Shown here piece by piece: positions 51,000 to 59,621 of a stretch of DNA of 64,000 nt (within the stretch, counting starts at the first letter, position 1; every line of letters starts with the position of its first letter). The stretch is from assembly GCA_965230295.1 (NCBI GenBank), contig OZ246001.1, forward strand, positions 960,001-1,024,000, read 5' to 3'. The stretch comes from Marinicella sp. GTDB lineage: Bacteria > Pseudomonadota > Gammaproteobacteria > Xanthomonadales > Marinicellaceae. Position numbers and translations under genes: made by a program. A model generated the notes under the pieces. The model saw only the letters and a program-made list of their open reading frames with translations. It was not told where the DNA came from and made no database searches.

Positions 51000-51784
51000 G
51001 TCGCCATTTGTTGCACCACCAAAGCATCCAGGATTTGATCCAGCAACACATCAATTTTGTTTCGGTGGTGATTGTCGACATGCAAGGCAGCGCACCACAG
51101 GAACCTGGAGCCAAGATGTTGGTCACAGCGAACTGTACCGACAGCCCACTAGAAGGCACCATTGGTGGTGGCAAACTCGAGTTGTTTGCCATTGAACAGG
51201 CCAAACAAATGCTGGCCCAAAGTGGCACGACCACCCAAACCATGACCCTCAATTTACAAACCGATGTGGGGATGACTTGTGGCGGTGTGGTGCAATTGTA
51301 TTTTGAAGCTTATCACCACGATCAGTGGCACATTGCTGTTTTTGGTGCCGGCCATGTGGCCCAGGCCTTGATCCCGCTGCTGCTCACTATAAGTTGTCGG
51401 GTGCATTGTTATGACGAGCGTAAACAATGGATGGATCAACTGCCCGACAGTCCCGCACTGCATAAGATCAATAGATCAGCCACTGCTGAAAACCTCAAAA
51501 ACCTGCCTCCAGATTGTTACTTTATTTCAGTCACCCAAGGCCATTGCGAAGATGCCAAAATCCTGGCCCAGTTACTACAAGATCGCAAGCCACCTTATGT
51601 CGGTGTGATTGGCAGTGACTCAAAAGCAGTGCTGCTGAAAAAACAACTCATACAAATGGGTGTCGACCCCAAATCAGCAGAAAGCATTCATTGTCCGATT
51701 GGCATGCCAATCGGAGATGACATTCCAGCTGAAATTGCCATCAGTATCGTGGCCCAGTTGTTGGCCGTCAGAGACCGTAAATAA
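50996..51784 (+). CDS. xdhC: Xanthine dehydrogenase accessory protein
   Basis: GSAPQEPGAKM, GTIGGGKLE, GMTCGG, FGAGHV and PAEIAISIVAQ. Confidence 0.93.
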   Translation: MSRHLLHHQSIQDLIQQHINFVSVVIVDMQGSAPQEPGAKMLVTANCTDSPLEGTIGGGKLELFAIEQAKQMLAQSGTTTQTMTLNLQTDVGMTCGGVVQLYFEAYHHDQWHIAVFGAGHVAQALIPLLLTISCRVHCYDERKQWMDQLPDSPALHKINRSATAENLKNLPPDCYFISVTQGHCEDAKILAQLLQDRKPPYVGVIGSDSKAVLLKKQLIQMGVDPKSAESIHCPIGMPIGDDIPAEIAISIVAQLLAVRDRK

Positions 51785-53586
51785 TGAGTCAAGCATTTCG
51801 GATCGGGCTGACTTTCTTTGCCACCCATTGGATCTGGTTATTGCCGGCCATGGTGTTGGTTTTGGTCAGCCCCTGGAGCCTCACCAACTTCGACTCTACC
51901 CGCGATTTCATCATTGCACACCGCATCATCAATGATTCTGAGTTACCGTTATTGGGGCCTTTGCTGGCCTTCAGTTTTCACATCGGTCCGTGGTGGTATT
52001 ATGTGATGGCTTTGCCACTGCTGCTCACAGATTCCTGGTTGGGTATGGCGATACTGGTGGCGTTTTTGAACAGCCTCAAGTTTTTGTTGGCATTTAGAAT
52101 CGGCTGCCACATCAAAGACAAATTGTTGGGTCAATTGATGGTCATGGTTTTGCTGTTGGTTTCTTTAACCTATATGCAAACCGTAACTTTTACCCACACC
52201 AGTGTGGTTGAAACTTGCATGTTGTTGATGCTCTATGTGACGGTCAAAACGAAGTTACAATCCCTTGGGCATTGGTTGCTATTTGGCCTGTGTACTGGTT
52301 TGGCATTTCACAGTCACCCCACCGCAGTTTTGATCGGCTTTTTTGCCCTGTTTCCCTGGTTATCCAACACCAATAAAGTGATCAAAACACTGTCTTTCCT
52401 GACGGGTTTGGTGTTGATCGTTGTTCCCATGTTGTATCAGGAAATGACCACATCAAGTGATTTGAGCAGTGGTATGGGCAGTTATTTTGATCAACAATCT
52501 GGCGGTTTTAACCTCATGGATTTACCTGCCCTGTGGTATGGCCTCCTGTTCTCTGGCCCCATGGGTATACTGACCATCAACCTCCCCAAATACTGGGTTG
52601 TCATTGTGATCATCATTCAATTAATGATGCAGACAGCTGCGATCACCTTGCCTTGGTTGATTTGGCAAAGTGCCAATGATCAGATCAAACGCTGGTACTT
52701 ACACAGTTGGGCCTTTTTTATCTTGTCATCGATTGGCATTCTACTGATTCGAGAACGCACACCATGGTACATGACTTATGGTTTAAGCCTGTCGTTTGCT
52801 TTGGTGGTCGCTTTTGGCTTATATATGGTGTTGAGCCATTGGCAACGAGCGGGCATCAGTCGGTTGATTTTGTGCTGGGTATTGGCGGTGTTTATTGGCG
52901 TCAACGTCAGCTTACTGCCACCCTTATACAGGGGTGACATCAAGGTACCCTCCAACACCCTTTATGACTTAAAAACCAACAACCATGATTTGTCTGCCAA
53001 CAGTTTTGAGTTTCCTGCCTGGCTGGCCAATGATCACGGGGAACTGACTTGCGCCAAACAACCTGTGGCCATTCATGGCCCCTATGCGGCTTTGATCTAT
53101 ACCCACAGTGGCATAGAACATTTATCAGTATGTGGAACCGGCCTTCATTATGGCCCCAATCCAGATACCCAACACCTCATAGGCGTTCCCGCTTTTTTTA
53201 CCCCCTGGATCACCACCCCGCCTGTTGACCAAATTGGCGGCACTTATTTTTATCATCCTGTAGCCATCAGTGACCAACAAAGCAGTTGGCAAGAAAGCTA
53301 TGCACATGACTATGAAAAATCAGTTGCTCACGACGGCCAGTGGCAAGACCGTTTCATCCAAACCCAAATAACAGGTGGCCAACACCTGATTGTCACTCAG
53401 TTGTTGGGCTTCAAAATGCAGTTAAAAATTCAATCAGTTTCAGTCAATGGCCAAATCATAGAACCAGTTGATGTCAGTCTCTACAGTCATCTTTACCAAT
53501 GTAACCAATGCGACACTCAATCAACCCAATGGCAAGTCAAATACCAAACATCGGTTAAGGGCATGGTCAATGTGGTTAGTTTTTAA
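51784..53586 (+). CDS. Polytopic membrane protein, ArnT/PMT (GT-C)-like glycosyltransferase candidate
   Basis: DSTRD...PLLGP...GPWWYY loop, many TM helices, HSHPT and a periplasmic C-domain. Confidence 0.6.
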   Translation: MSQAFRIGLTFFATHWIWLLPAMVLVLVSPWSLTNFDSTRDFIIAHRIINDSELPLLGPLLAFSFHIGPWWYYVMALPLLLTDSWLGMAILVAFLNSLKFLLAFRIGCHIKDKLLGQLMVMVLLLVSLTYMQTVTFTHTSVVETCMLLMLYVTVKTKLQSLGHWLLFGLCTGLAFHSHPTAVLIGFFALFPWLSNTNKVIKTLSFLTGLVLIVVPMLYQEMTTSSDLSSGMGSYFDQQSGGFNLMDLPALWYGLLFSGPMGILTINLPKYWVVIVIIIQLMMQTAAITLPWLIWQSANDQIKRWYLHSWAFFILSSIGILLIRERTPWYMTYGLSLSFALVVAFGLYMVLSHWQRAGISRLILCWVLAVFIGVNVSLLPPLYRGDIKVPSNTLYDLKTNNHDLSANSFEFPAWLANDHGELTCAKQPVAIHGPYAALIYTHSGIEHLSVCGTGLHYGPNPDTQHLIGVPAFFTPWITTPPVDQIGGTYFYHPVAISDQQSSWQESYAHDYEKSVAHDGQWQDRFIQTQITGGQHLIVTQLLGFKMQLKIQSVSVNGQIIEPVDVSLYSHLYQCNQCDTQSTQWQVKYQTSVKGMVNVVSF

Positions 53587-53606
53587 CCCATACACAAGTA
53601 TCAACT

Positions 53607-53875
53607 AGGGCCTGTTAGCACTATATGAATGACGGCTGTTATGACTGAAAACGTCACAATCAAGGCGCTAATCGCGTGATTTGGTATGCCAATTGAGTGA
53701 TGAGCAACGCAGGGTGTGGTGTTTTCAGCCTTAACCCATTGGGCTGGACCGTATTTTCCACCCACCGGCCTTACCCAATCGTTCATGTGGAATGACCACA
53801 TATCACGATGGATGGGGTTGTTGGCTGAAAAATACAGTTTCAGCAGTTGCCATTCATATATTGTTAACAGGCCCT
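53607..53875. mobile_element. MITE-like element (~270 bp) with 32-bp terminal inverted repeats
   Basis: AGGGCCTGTTAGCACTATATGAATGACGGCTG versus the reverse-complement end AGGGCCTGTTAACAATATATGAATGGCAACTG (27/32). Internal hairpins, no transposase. Confidence 0.78.
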
Positions 53876-53924
53876 TTATTCCAAAGGCATTTCTATTGCC
53901 GATATGACTGTGCTAAAATGCCGC

Positions 53925-54021
53925 GCATCCGAGGGGTGGCGTGCTTGATGCGCCTGAGATGTCAACGTTTCAATGACAAACCCTTTGAACCTGATCCGGT
54001 TAATACCGGCGTAGGAATGGG
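53925..54021 (+). ncRNA. TPP riboswitch
   Basis: GGGGTG...CTGAGA...ACCCTTTGAACCTGATCCGGTTAATACCGGCGTAGGAA consensus, upstream of thiamine uptake genes. Confidence 0.95.
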
Positions 54022-54081
54022 TCAAACAATTCAACACGCCTGAACCGGGTCTCTGATTAAACATTTGATAAGAGATCCTTT

Positions 54082-56175
54082 ATGAACTTAAAAAACACCA
54101 CGACAGCCATTTTACTGTCATTGTCCATGACTTCCTGGGCACAGGACATCACCTCAGAAGACACCACCCAACTGGAAGACCTGACTGTCACCGCGGATTT
54201 GCGTGAAGACACTTCAGTTCGAGAAATCGCCACTTCTGTATCCGTACTGGATGAGGAAACCATCCAACAAGCAGGCACCCAACATTTTCAAGACGTGATG
54301 GGGCTGGTTCCCAATTTAAATTGGGCCGGATCCACCAGTCGACCACGGTATTTTCAAATCCGTGGTATCGGTGAGCGTTCTCAATACGAGGGCGCGCCTA
54401 ACCCATCGGTGGGTTTCATCATTGATGACATCGACTTCACCGGCATCGGAGGCGCAGCGACTCTGTTCGATCTGGCGCAAGTTGAGGTGCTGCGTGGCCC
54501 ACAAGGCACGCGATACGGTGCCAATGCACTGGCCGGTTTAATCTACGTGCGCAGTCAGGACCCCAGTTTCAACCCGGCTTATCAATTGGAAACCACTGTG
54601 GGTGATCATGGTACCTATGCGGCAGGTTTCAGCGCCACAGGTGCCGTTGGTGATTCAGAAAAAGCCGCTTACCGTTTTTCACTGCACCAATACAACAGCC
54701 ATGGTTTCAGACGCAATGACTTTTTCAACCGCAATGACACCGACCAATTGGATGAGTTGATGTGGCGCGGTAAGATCAATTTTGCTGCCACAGAAAGTTG
54801 GCAAACTGATTTCACTTTAATGGTGGTGGACATCAACAACGGTTTTGACAAATGGAACCCTGAAAACACCTTCACCACCCACTCAGATGACTTGGGTATC
54901 GATGACCAGAAATCGGTGGGATTCAGCTGGCGCAATACATTAACCGGTGCAGCTGGGTTTGATTTGATCAGCATCAGCAGTTACACTGACTCTGAGATCC
55001 AGTACTTTTTTGATGGTGATTGGGGCAATGATGTTTACTGGGGTGAGTTTGCTCCCTATGATTTCACTTCAAACAATGACCGAGAGCGGACCAATTTCAC
55101 CCAGGAGTTTCGCTTGGTTTCGAAACCTGGTGCAGAAATCTTTAATGGCTCAACCGCCTGGTTGGCCGGCATCTATTTCTCTCGTTTGTCAGAAGACAAC
55201 GTGATCGATGATTTTTTCAACGATGAGGTATTCCGAGATTTTGACAGTCAGTTTGATGCCGACACCCTGGCGGTGTTTGCGCAATTAGACACCCAACTGA
55301 CGCAACAAACCGTACTGACCACTGGCTTGCGGTTTGAAAACCGCAGTGCCGATTATCAAGACAATGGCGGGTTGGATCTATCACCTGATGATCACATGGT
55401 TGGCGGCCAGATCTCTATCAACCACAGTTTAAACGAGCAACAAAATATTTACGCCACCATTTCTCGCGGTTACAAAGCCGGTGGTTTCAACCTGAGCCCT
55501 TCGCTACCAGAAAATCGCCGTGCCTATGACCCTGAATACCTGGTCAATTTTGAGGTGGGTATGAAGGCTTTGCTGATGGATTATCGCTTGAGTTTGAATG
55601 TCAGTGCTTTTTATTCAGAAAGAAAAGACATGCAAGTCAGTACCTCAGTACAAGAAGATCCTACAGACCCGCTGACTTTTGTGTTTTTCACCGGCAACGC
55701 GGCTGAGGGCAAGAACCAAGGACTGGAAGCTGATTGGCAGTACCAAGTCAACCGCAATTGGGCATTCCATGGCTCGCTGGGGCTGTTGGATGCCGAGTTT
55801 TCAGATTACGTGACGGTGGATGATGATTTCACCGGGCGGGCCCAAGCCCATGCGCCTGATTACACTTTTAATTTGGGTTTGACCTATGCCGGTGACAGTG
55901 GCTGGTTTGCCCGTGCAGACTTCAATGGCTCAGACGGCTTTTACTTTTCCGACTCACATGACCAACAAGCCAACAGCCGTGAAATTCTCAATTTAAAAGT
56001 GGGATATCAGGCAGACACTTGGTCGGTTCATGCCTGGGGCCGCAATGTGCTGGATGAAACCTATGCGGTGCGTGGTTTCTTCTTTGGATTGGAGCCACCT
56101 GATTATGCTGATACACTGTACCAACACCTGGGTGACCCACAACATTTTGGGGTCACTGCCCGTTTTAACTTTTAG
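54082..56175 (+). CDS. TonB-dependent receptor (probably thiamine)
   Basis: Signal peptide, TonB box LTVTA, plug motif VEVLRGPQGTRYG, terminal Phe (RFNF), under TPP riboswitch control. Confidence 0.9.
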   Translation: MNLKNTTTAILLSLSMTSWAQDITSEDTTQLEDLTVTADLREDTSVREIATSVSVLDEETIQQAGTQHFQDVMGLVPNLNWAGSTSRPRYFQIRGIGERSQYEGAPNPSVGFIIDDIDFTGIGGAATLFDLAQVEVLRGPQGTRYGANALAGLIYVRSQDPSFNPAYQLETTVGDHGTYAAGFSATGAVGDSEKAAYRFSLHQYNSHGFRRNDFFNRNDTDQLDELMWRGKINFAATESWQTDFTLMVVDINNGFDKWNPENTFTTHSDDLGIDDQKSVGFSWRNTLTGAAGFDLISISSYTDSEIQYFFDGDWGNDVYWGEFAPYDFTSNNDRERTNFTQEFRLVSKPGAEIFNGSTAWLAGIYFSRLSEDNVIDDFFNDEVFRDFDSQFDADTLAVFAQLDTQLTQQTVLTTGLRFENRSADYQDNGGLDLSPDDHMVGGQISINHSLNEQQNIYATISRGYKAGGFNLSPSLPENRRAYDPEYLVNFEVGMKALLMDYRLSLNVSAFYSERKDMQVSTSVQEDPTDPLTFVFFTGNAAEGKNQGLEADWQYQVNRNWAFHGSLGLLDAEFSDYVTVDDDFTGRAQAHAPDYTFNLGLTYAGDSGWFARADFNGSDGFYFSDSHDQQANSREILNLKVGYQADTWSVHAWGRNVLDETYAVRGFFFGLEPPDYADTLYQHLGDPQHFGVTARFNF

Positions 56176-56184
56176 GAGTACAAC

Positions 56185-56439
56185 ATGCAGGTCTCTGTAG
56201 AAATATCATTGTATCCATTGGACAGTAATTACATACCACCCATTCAAGATTTTATTGATCGCCTCAACACGTACAGTGAACTGAAAGTGGTAGAAAACAC
56301 CATGAGCACTCAGGTCTATGGTGATTACTCGGAAGTCTTGGGCATCGTCAACAAAGAAATGCAACGCACCCATCGCGAAAACCCCAAAGCAGCTTTTGTG
56401 ATAAAAGTACTTAATGGGGACTTGTCACCAGATGTCTGA
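56185..56439 (+). CDS. Thiamine/HMP-binding protein (YkoF/DUF77-like)
   Basis: VEISLYPL...FIDRL...MSTQVYG. Confidence 0.8.
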   Translation: MQVSVEISLYPLDSNYIPPIQDFIDRLNTYSELKVVENTMSTQVYGDYSEVLGIVNKEMQRTHRENPKAAFVIKVLNGDLSPDV

Positions 56440-57040
56440 CACCTGGCAACAAATCCTGACAGCCTGGCAGGCAACCTCTGATCTGGAAAAGGTCGCCGTG
56501 GTGTCTGCCATTTTGTATTTGGTGTTGGCCATCAAAGAAAATATTTGGTGCTGGTTGTTTGCTTTTATCAGCACCGCCATTTATATCTATCTGTTTCACA
56601 GTGTGTCATTGCTTTCAGAGTCCCTGTTGAATGTGTATTATTTGGTCATGGCGCTCTATGGTTGGTACCAATGGCGTCATGGTAACGGCAACCAAGAGCG
56701 ACAGATCGTCAGCTGGCCTTGGCGAAAACACCTGGTTGTGATTTTGTTGACTGCCTTGGCAGTGCCTTTGCTGGGTTACACCACCAGTCATTGGGGAGCG
56801 TCTATGCCCTATTTGGACGCCTTTACCACCTGCTACGCTGTATTGGCAACGGTGATGGTGGCACACAAGGTGCTGGAGAACTGGCATTATTGGCTGGTCA
56901 TCAACATCACATCCGTGTACATTTTTTACCAAAAAGAGTTGAGCATGACAGCTGCCCTGTTCGCTTTGTATGTTATCCTAACTGTTATTGGCTATTTTAA
57001 TTGGCAACGACATTATGCCCTCCAGCGATCATTGGCTTAA
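56432..57040 (+). CDS. pnuC: PnuC-family transporter (PnuT, thiamine)
   Basis: ENIWCW, YGWYQW, PYLDAFTT and KVLENWHYW. Confidence 0.88.
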   Translation: MSDTWQQILTAWQATSDLEKVAVVSAILYLVLAIKENIWCWLFAFISTAIYIYLFHSVSLLSESLLNVYYLVMALYGWYQWRHGNGNQERQIVSWPWRKHLVVILLTALAVPLLGYTTSHWGASMPYLDAFTTCYAVLATVMVAHKVLENWHYWLVINITSVYIFYQKELSMTAALFALYVILTVIGYFNWQRHYALQRSLA

Positions 57041-57764
57041 TCGATTACAACACATTGCTGTTTTGCAACATGCAGGAATACGCGACTGGCAAGCCATCAA
57101 CTCTGGATCCAGCAACCACATATTCAAAGTCACCACCGATGCCGGGATTTGGCTGGTACGCATCAACCGAGCGGCACTGGGCATCGATCGTCAAGAAGAA
57201 CAGAAAATTCTGGAGCACATCGAGTCTTTGGGTATCGGGCCTAAAGTGATCGATAACAATCCACAAGAGGGCCACCTGATTACAGAATACATCGACCAGC
57301 CAGCCTGGACTGTGAAGGATTTCAAGGATCCAAAAAAACTCTCTGGATTAAAATGTCGTTTGGATCAATTTCATCAAATACCCTATCAGTACTTACCCAG
57401 TCGCTTGGACCACCGCCTCAAACTGTATTTAAAAACCATCAAAAAAATTCCGGTTAAAACGGCATTGGCACTGCTGGATACCATTGAAAAACTCGATTTT
57501 CAAGGGTTCTGGCAAGCCAACAACACCTTGTATCATTCTGATTTGAACCCCAGTAATTTACTTGGTCATAACCCCAATCCCATGATCATAGATTGGGAAT
57601 TCGCCGGCCAAGGCCACCCCATCCTCGATTGGTTGATTCTGGAACACGAAACCGGATTAGATTTATCCAATCATTACCCGGAACAAACCAATCCCATTTG
57701 GATCGAACCAGCACAACGCATGATCAACGCGATGATGAATCTTTGGCCGCATGAGAGCCCTTAA
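57015..57764 (+). CDS. Thiamine kinase-like phosphotransferase (choline kinase/APH fold)
   Basis: GSSN, IDRQEE, HSDLNPSN and IIDWEFAG, in a thiamine salvage context. Confidence 0.75.
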   Translation: MPSSDHWLNRLQHIAVLQHAGIRDWQAINSGSSNHIFKVTTDAGIWLVRINRAALGIDRQEEQKILEHIESLGIGPKVIDNNPQEGHLITEYIDQPAWTVKDFKDPKKLSGLKCRLDQFHQIPYQYLPSRLDHRLKLYLKTIKKIPVKTALALLDTIEKLDFQGFWQANNTLYHSDLNPSNLLGHNPNPMIIDWEFAGQGHPILDWLILEHETGLDLSNHYPEQTNPIWIEPAQRMINAMMNLWPHESP

Positions 57765-57831
57765 GGCTTTTTTTCCGTCGTTGAATCAAGTAGAATACCC
57801 GCTCCTGAAGATTGATTCATTCAGTCGATGG

Positions 57832-57918
57832 GCCCAGGTGGTGAAATTGGTAGACACGCCAGCTTCAGGTGCTGGTGGGGGCAACCCCGTGGAGGTTCAA
57901 GTCCTCTCCTGGGCACCA
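57832..57918 (+). tRNA. tRNA-Leu (anticodon CAG)
   Basis: GCCCAGG acceptor stem with CCTGGGC-ACCA, D-loop GAAATTGGTAGAC, anticodon loop TT-CAG-GT, long variable arm and GGTTCAAGTCC T-loop. Confidence 0.96.
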
Positions 57919-58017
57919 TTTTAAGTATCAGTTCTTTTATGGCTGCAAAAACCGGCTATCAGTAGCTGCCCCCTCTACCAATAACCGGCTTTTATGGATG
58001 AAAGTTTAATTCCGGGG

Positions 58018-58224
58018 TCAGGCTTTTTTGCCTACCCGACGCAAGCGATTGATTTCCGCAACAATTAAGTTGATGTCGTCTTTGCGATTTTTCTGAAATG
58101 ACAATTTGACCATTTCCCTTTGTAATAATTTAATCCGTTCAGTCAGTTCGGTGTTGGGGTTTAGTTTGAGTTTCTTATCACGAATACTGGCTATGGTCTG
58201 CTTAGCAATGGAATGTTCTAACAT
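58018..58224 (-). CDS. Small basic hypothetical protein
   Basis: 68-aa ORF with a GAGG ribosome-binding site upstream, in an otherwise empty intergenic region. Confidence 0.5.
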   Translation of the reverse strand: MLEHSIAKQTIASIRDKKLKLNPNTELTERIKLLQREMVKLSFQKNRKDDINLIVAEINRLRRVGKKA

Positions 58225-58380
58225 GTTTTGGGTGCCTCATATCTATAATCAATAAGTCATCAGTGAACTCAATTTTCACTGCTTTATCGCACACAATAAA
58301 TACATATTATGACAATTATTTGAAGCAAACAAGCATTATTTATCAGGCTTGCCAAATCACGTCAAGTTTGCTAAATTTCT

Positions 58381-59307
58381 GTGATGCAGCTAACATTTTT
58401 GACCAGTCTGACCTTGCTTTTTTTGTTGATATTTTGTCCTGAGACTTTGGCAAAAAAGTATTACAAACACGTTGATGAGAATGGCATCACCCATTATTCA
58501 GACCAACCACCGAAAGAGGACGTCGAGTATGAAAGCTGGCAAGTCAGGCCTGAGGACAGTGAGTATGAAGTCAAGGTCGTTAATCGCGGGACCAAAAAAG
58601 CACCTGTTTTTTATGCCATCAACCCTTATCATGGCCCGGTTGAAATCAGTATTGAGTTCCTCCAACAGAACAACGTGGTTGCCAAACCCAAGTGGCCTGC
58701 CACCTATGTGGTACCGGCCAACAGTGAAATGTATCTGAGCACCATAACACCAAAAAACAAATACATGTCCTGGTCTTTTCAATACAACGTGTCATCAACT
58801 TTAGGCGATCCCAATGCCTCCCACAACGACAGTCACGTGTATCGACTGCCATTTGATGCCAGCAAACAATTTTACATCAGCCAGGCTTTCAATGGAGAAT
58901 TTACCCACATAGGTGACCAGAATCAATATGCCATTGACATTGTGATGCCGGAAGGCAGCGATGTGCTGGCTGCCCGAGGTGGCGTGGTGATGGACATTGC
59001 CAATGATTTTTACGATGGTGGCGTCTCAGAGAACAACAAACAACGCGGCAACTACATCCGCATCCTGCATGATGATGGGTCTATGGCCATTTATGCCCAC
59101 TTGCAATTGGAATCGGTGGTGGTGGCGCCAGGACAAAGGGTAGAAACCCAACAAAAAATCGCCCTGTCTGGCAACACCGGTTTCACCAGTGGACCGCATT
59201 TGCATTTTGCCGTGCAGGTGAATAAAGGCTTGTTATTGAAGTCTGTACCATTCATCATGCAGCACAAGGGAGGCGAGATCAAACCACCTGAAGTGGGCCC
59301 AATTTGA
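58381..59307 (+). CDS. M23 family metallopeptidase with N-terminal DUF4124
   Basis: YKHVDENGITHYSDQPP, H....YAIDI, YAHL and SGNTGFTSGPHLHF. Confidence 0.88.
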   Translation: MMQLTFLTSLTLLFLLIFCPETLAKKYYKHVDENGITHYSDQPPKEDVEYESWQVRPEDSEYEVKVVNRGTKKAPVFYAINPYHGPVEISIEFLQQNNVVAKPKWPATYVVPANSEMYLSTITPKNKYMSWSFQYNVSSTLGDPNASHNDSHVYRLPFDASKQFYISQAFNGEFTHIGDQNQYAIDIVMPEGSDVLAARGGVVMDIANDFYDGGVSENNKQRGNYIRILHDDGSMAIYAHLQLESVVVAPGQRVETQQKIALSGNTGFTSGPHLHFAVQVNKGLLLKSVPFIMQHKGGEIKPPEVGPI

Positions 59308-59361
59308 TCAACTGATCTCAATTAATGTTTGTAGAATGTACAATCTATTCTAATTGGTTTT

Positions 59362-59590
59362 CGTCATCCTGCGGCTTGACCGCAGGATTCAGGTATTTTG
59401 AACTTAAAGAAGTGAGACTCCTTCAACCACCGAAAAACAACTGCATGGATGTAGTAATCAAGTCACAACATGGCATCCTGTCATTCATTAGGTCAATTCT
59501 TGTTACGCACCCAACGCCGACTGAAGTCGGCGCTCCATAGGTTAGCCTGCGTTGTCAAAATCTTTCGGAGCACTGACTTCTGTCATCGTC
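59362..59590. repeat. Cluster of REP-like palindromes
   Basis: GTCATCCTGCGGCTTGACCGCAGGAT hairpin, GCCGACTGAAGTCGGCGCTCC, and its inverted degenerate partner GGAGCACTGACTTC. Confidence 0.6.
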
Positions 59591-59621
59591 ATGACCCAAA
59601 TTGGATACAATGACTACGCGA

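Noticed and set aside
57832-58380. tRNA-Leu as integration site of a genomic island
   Set aside because: No integrase and no duplicated tRNA 3' end was seen downstream in this window.
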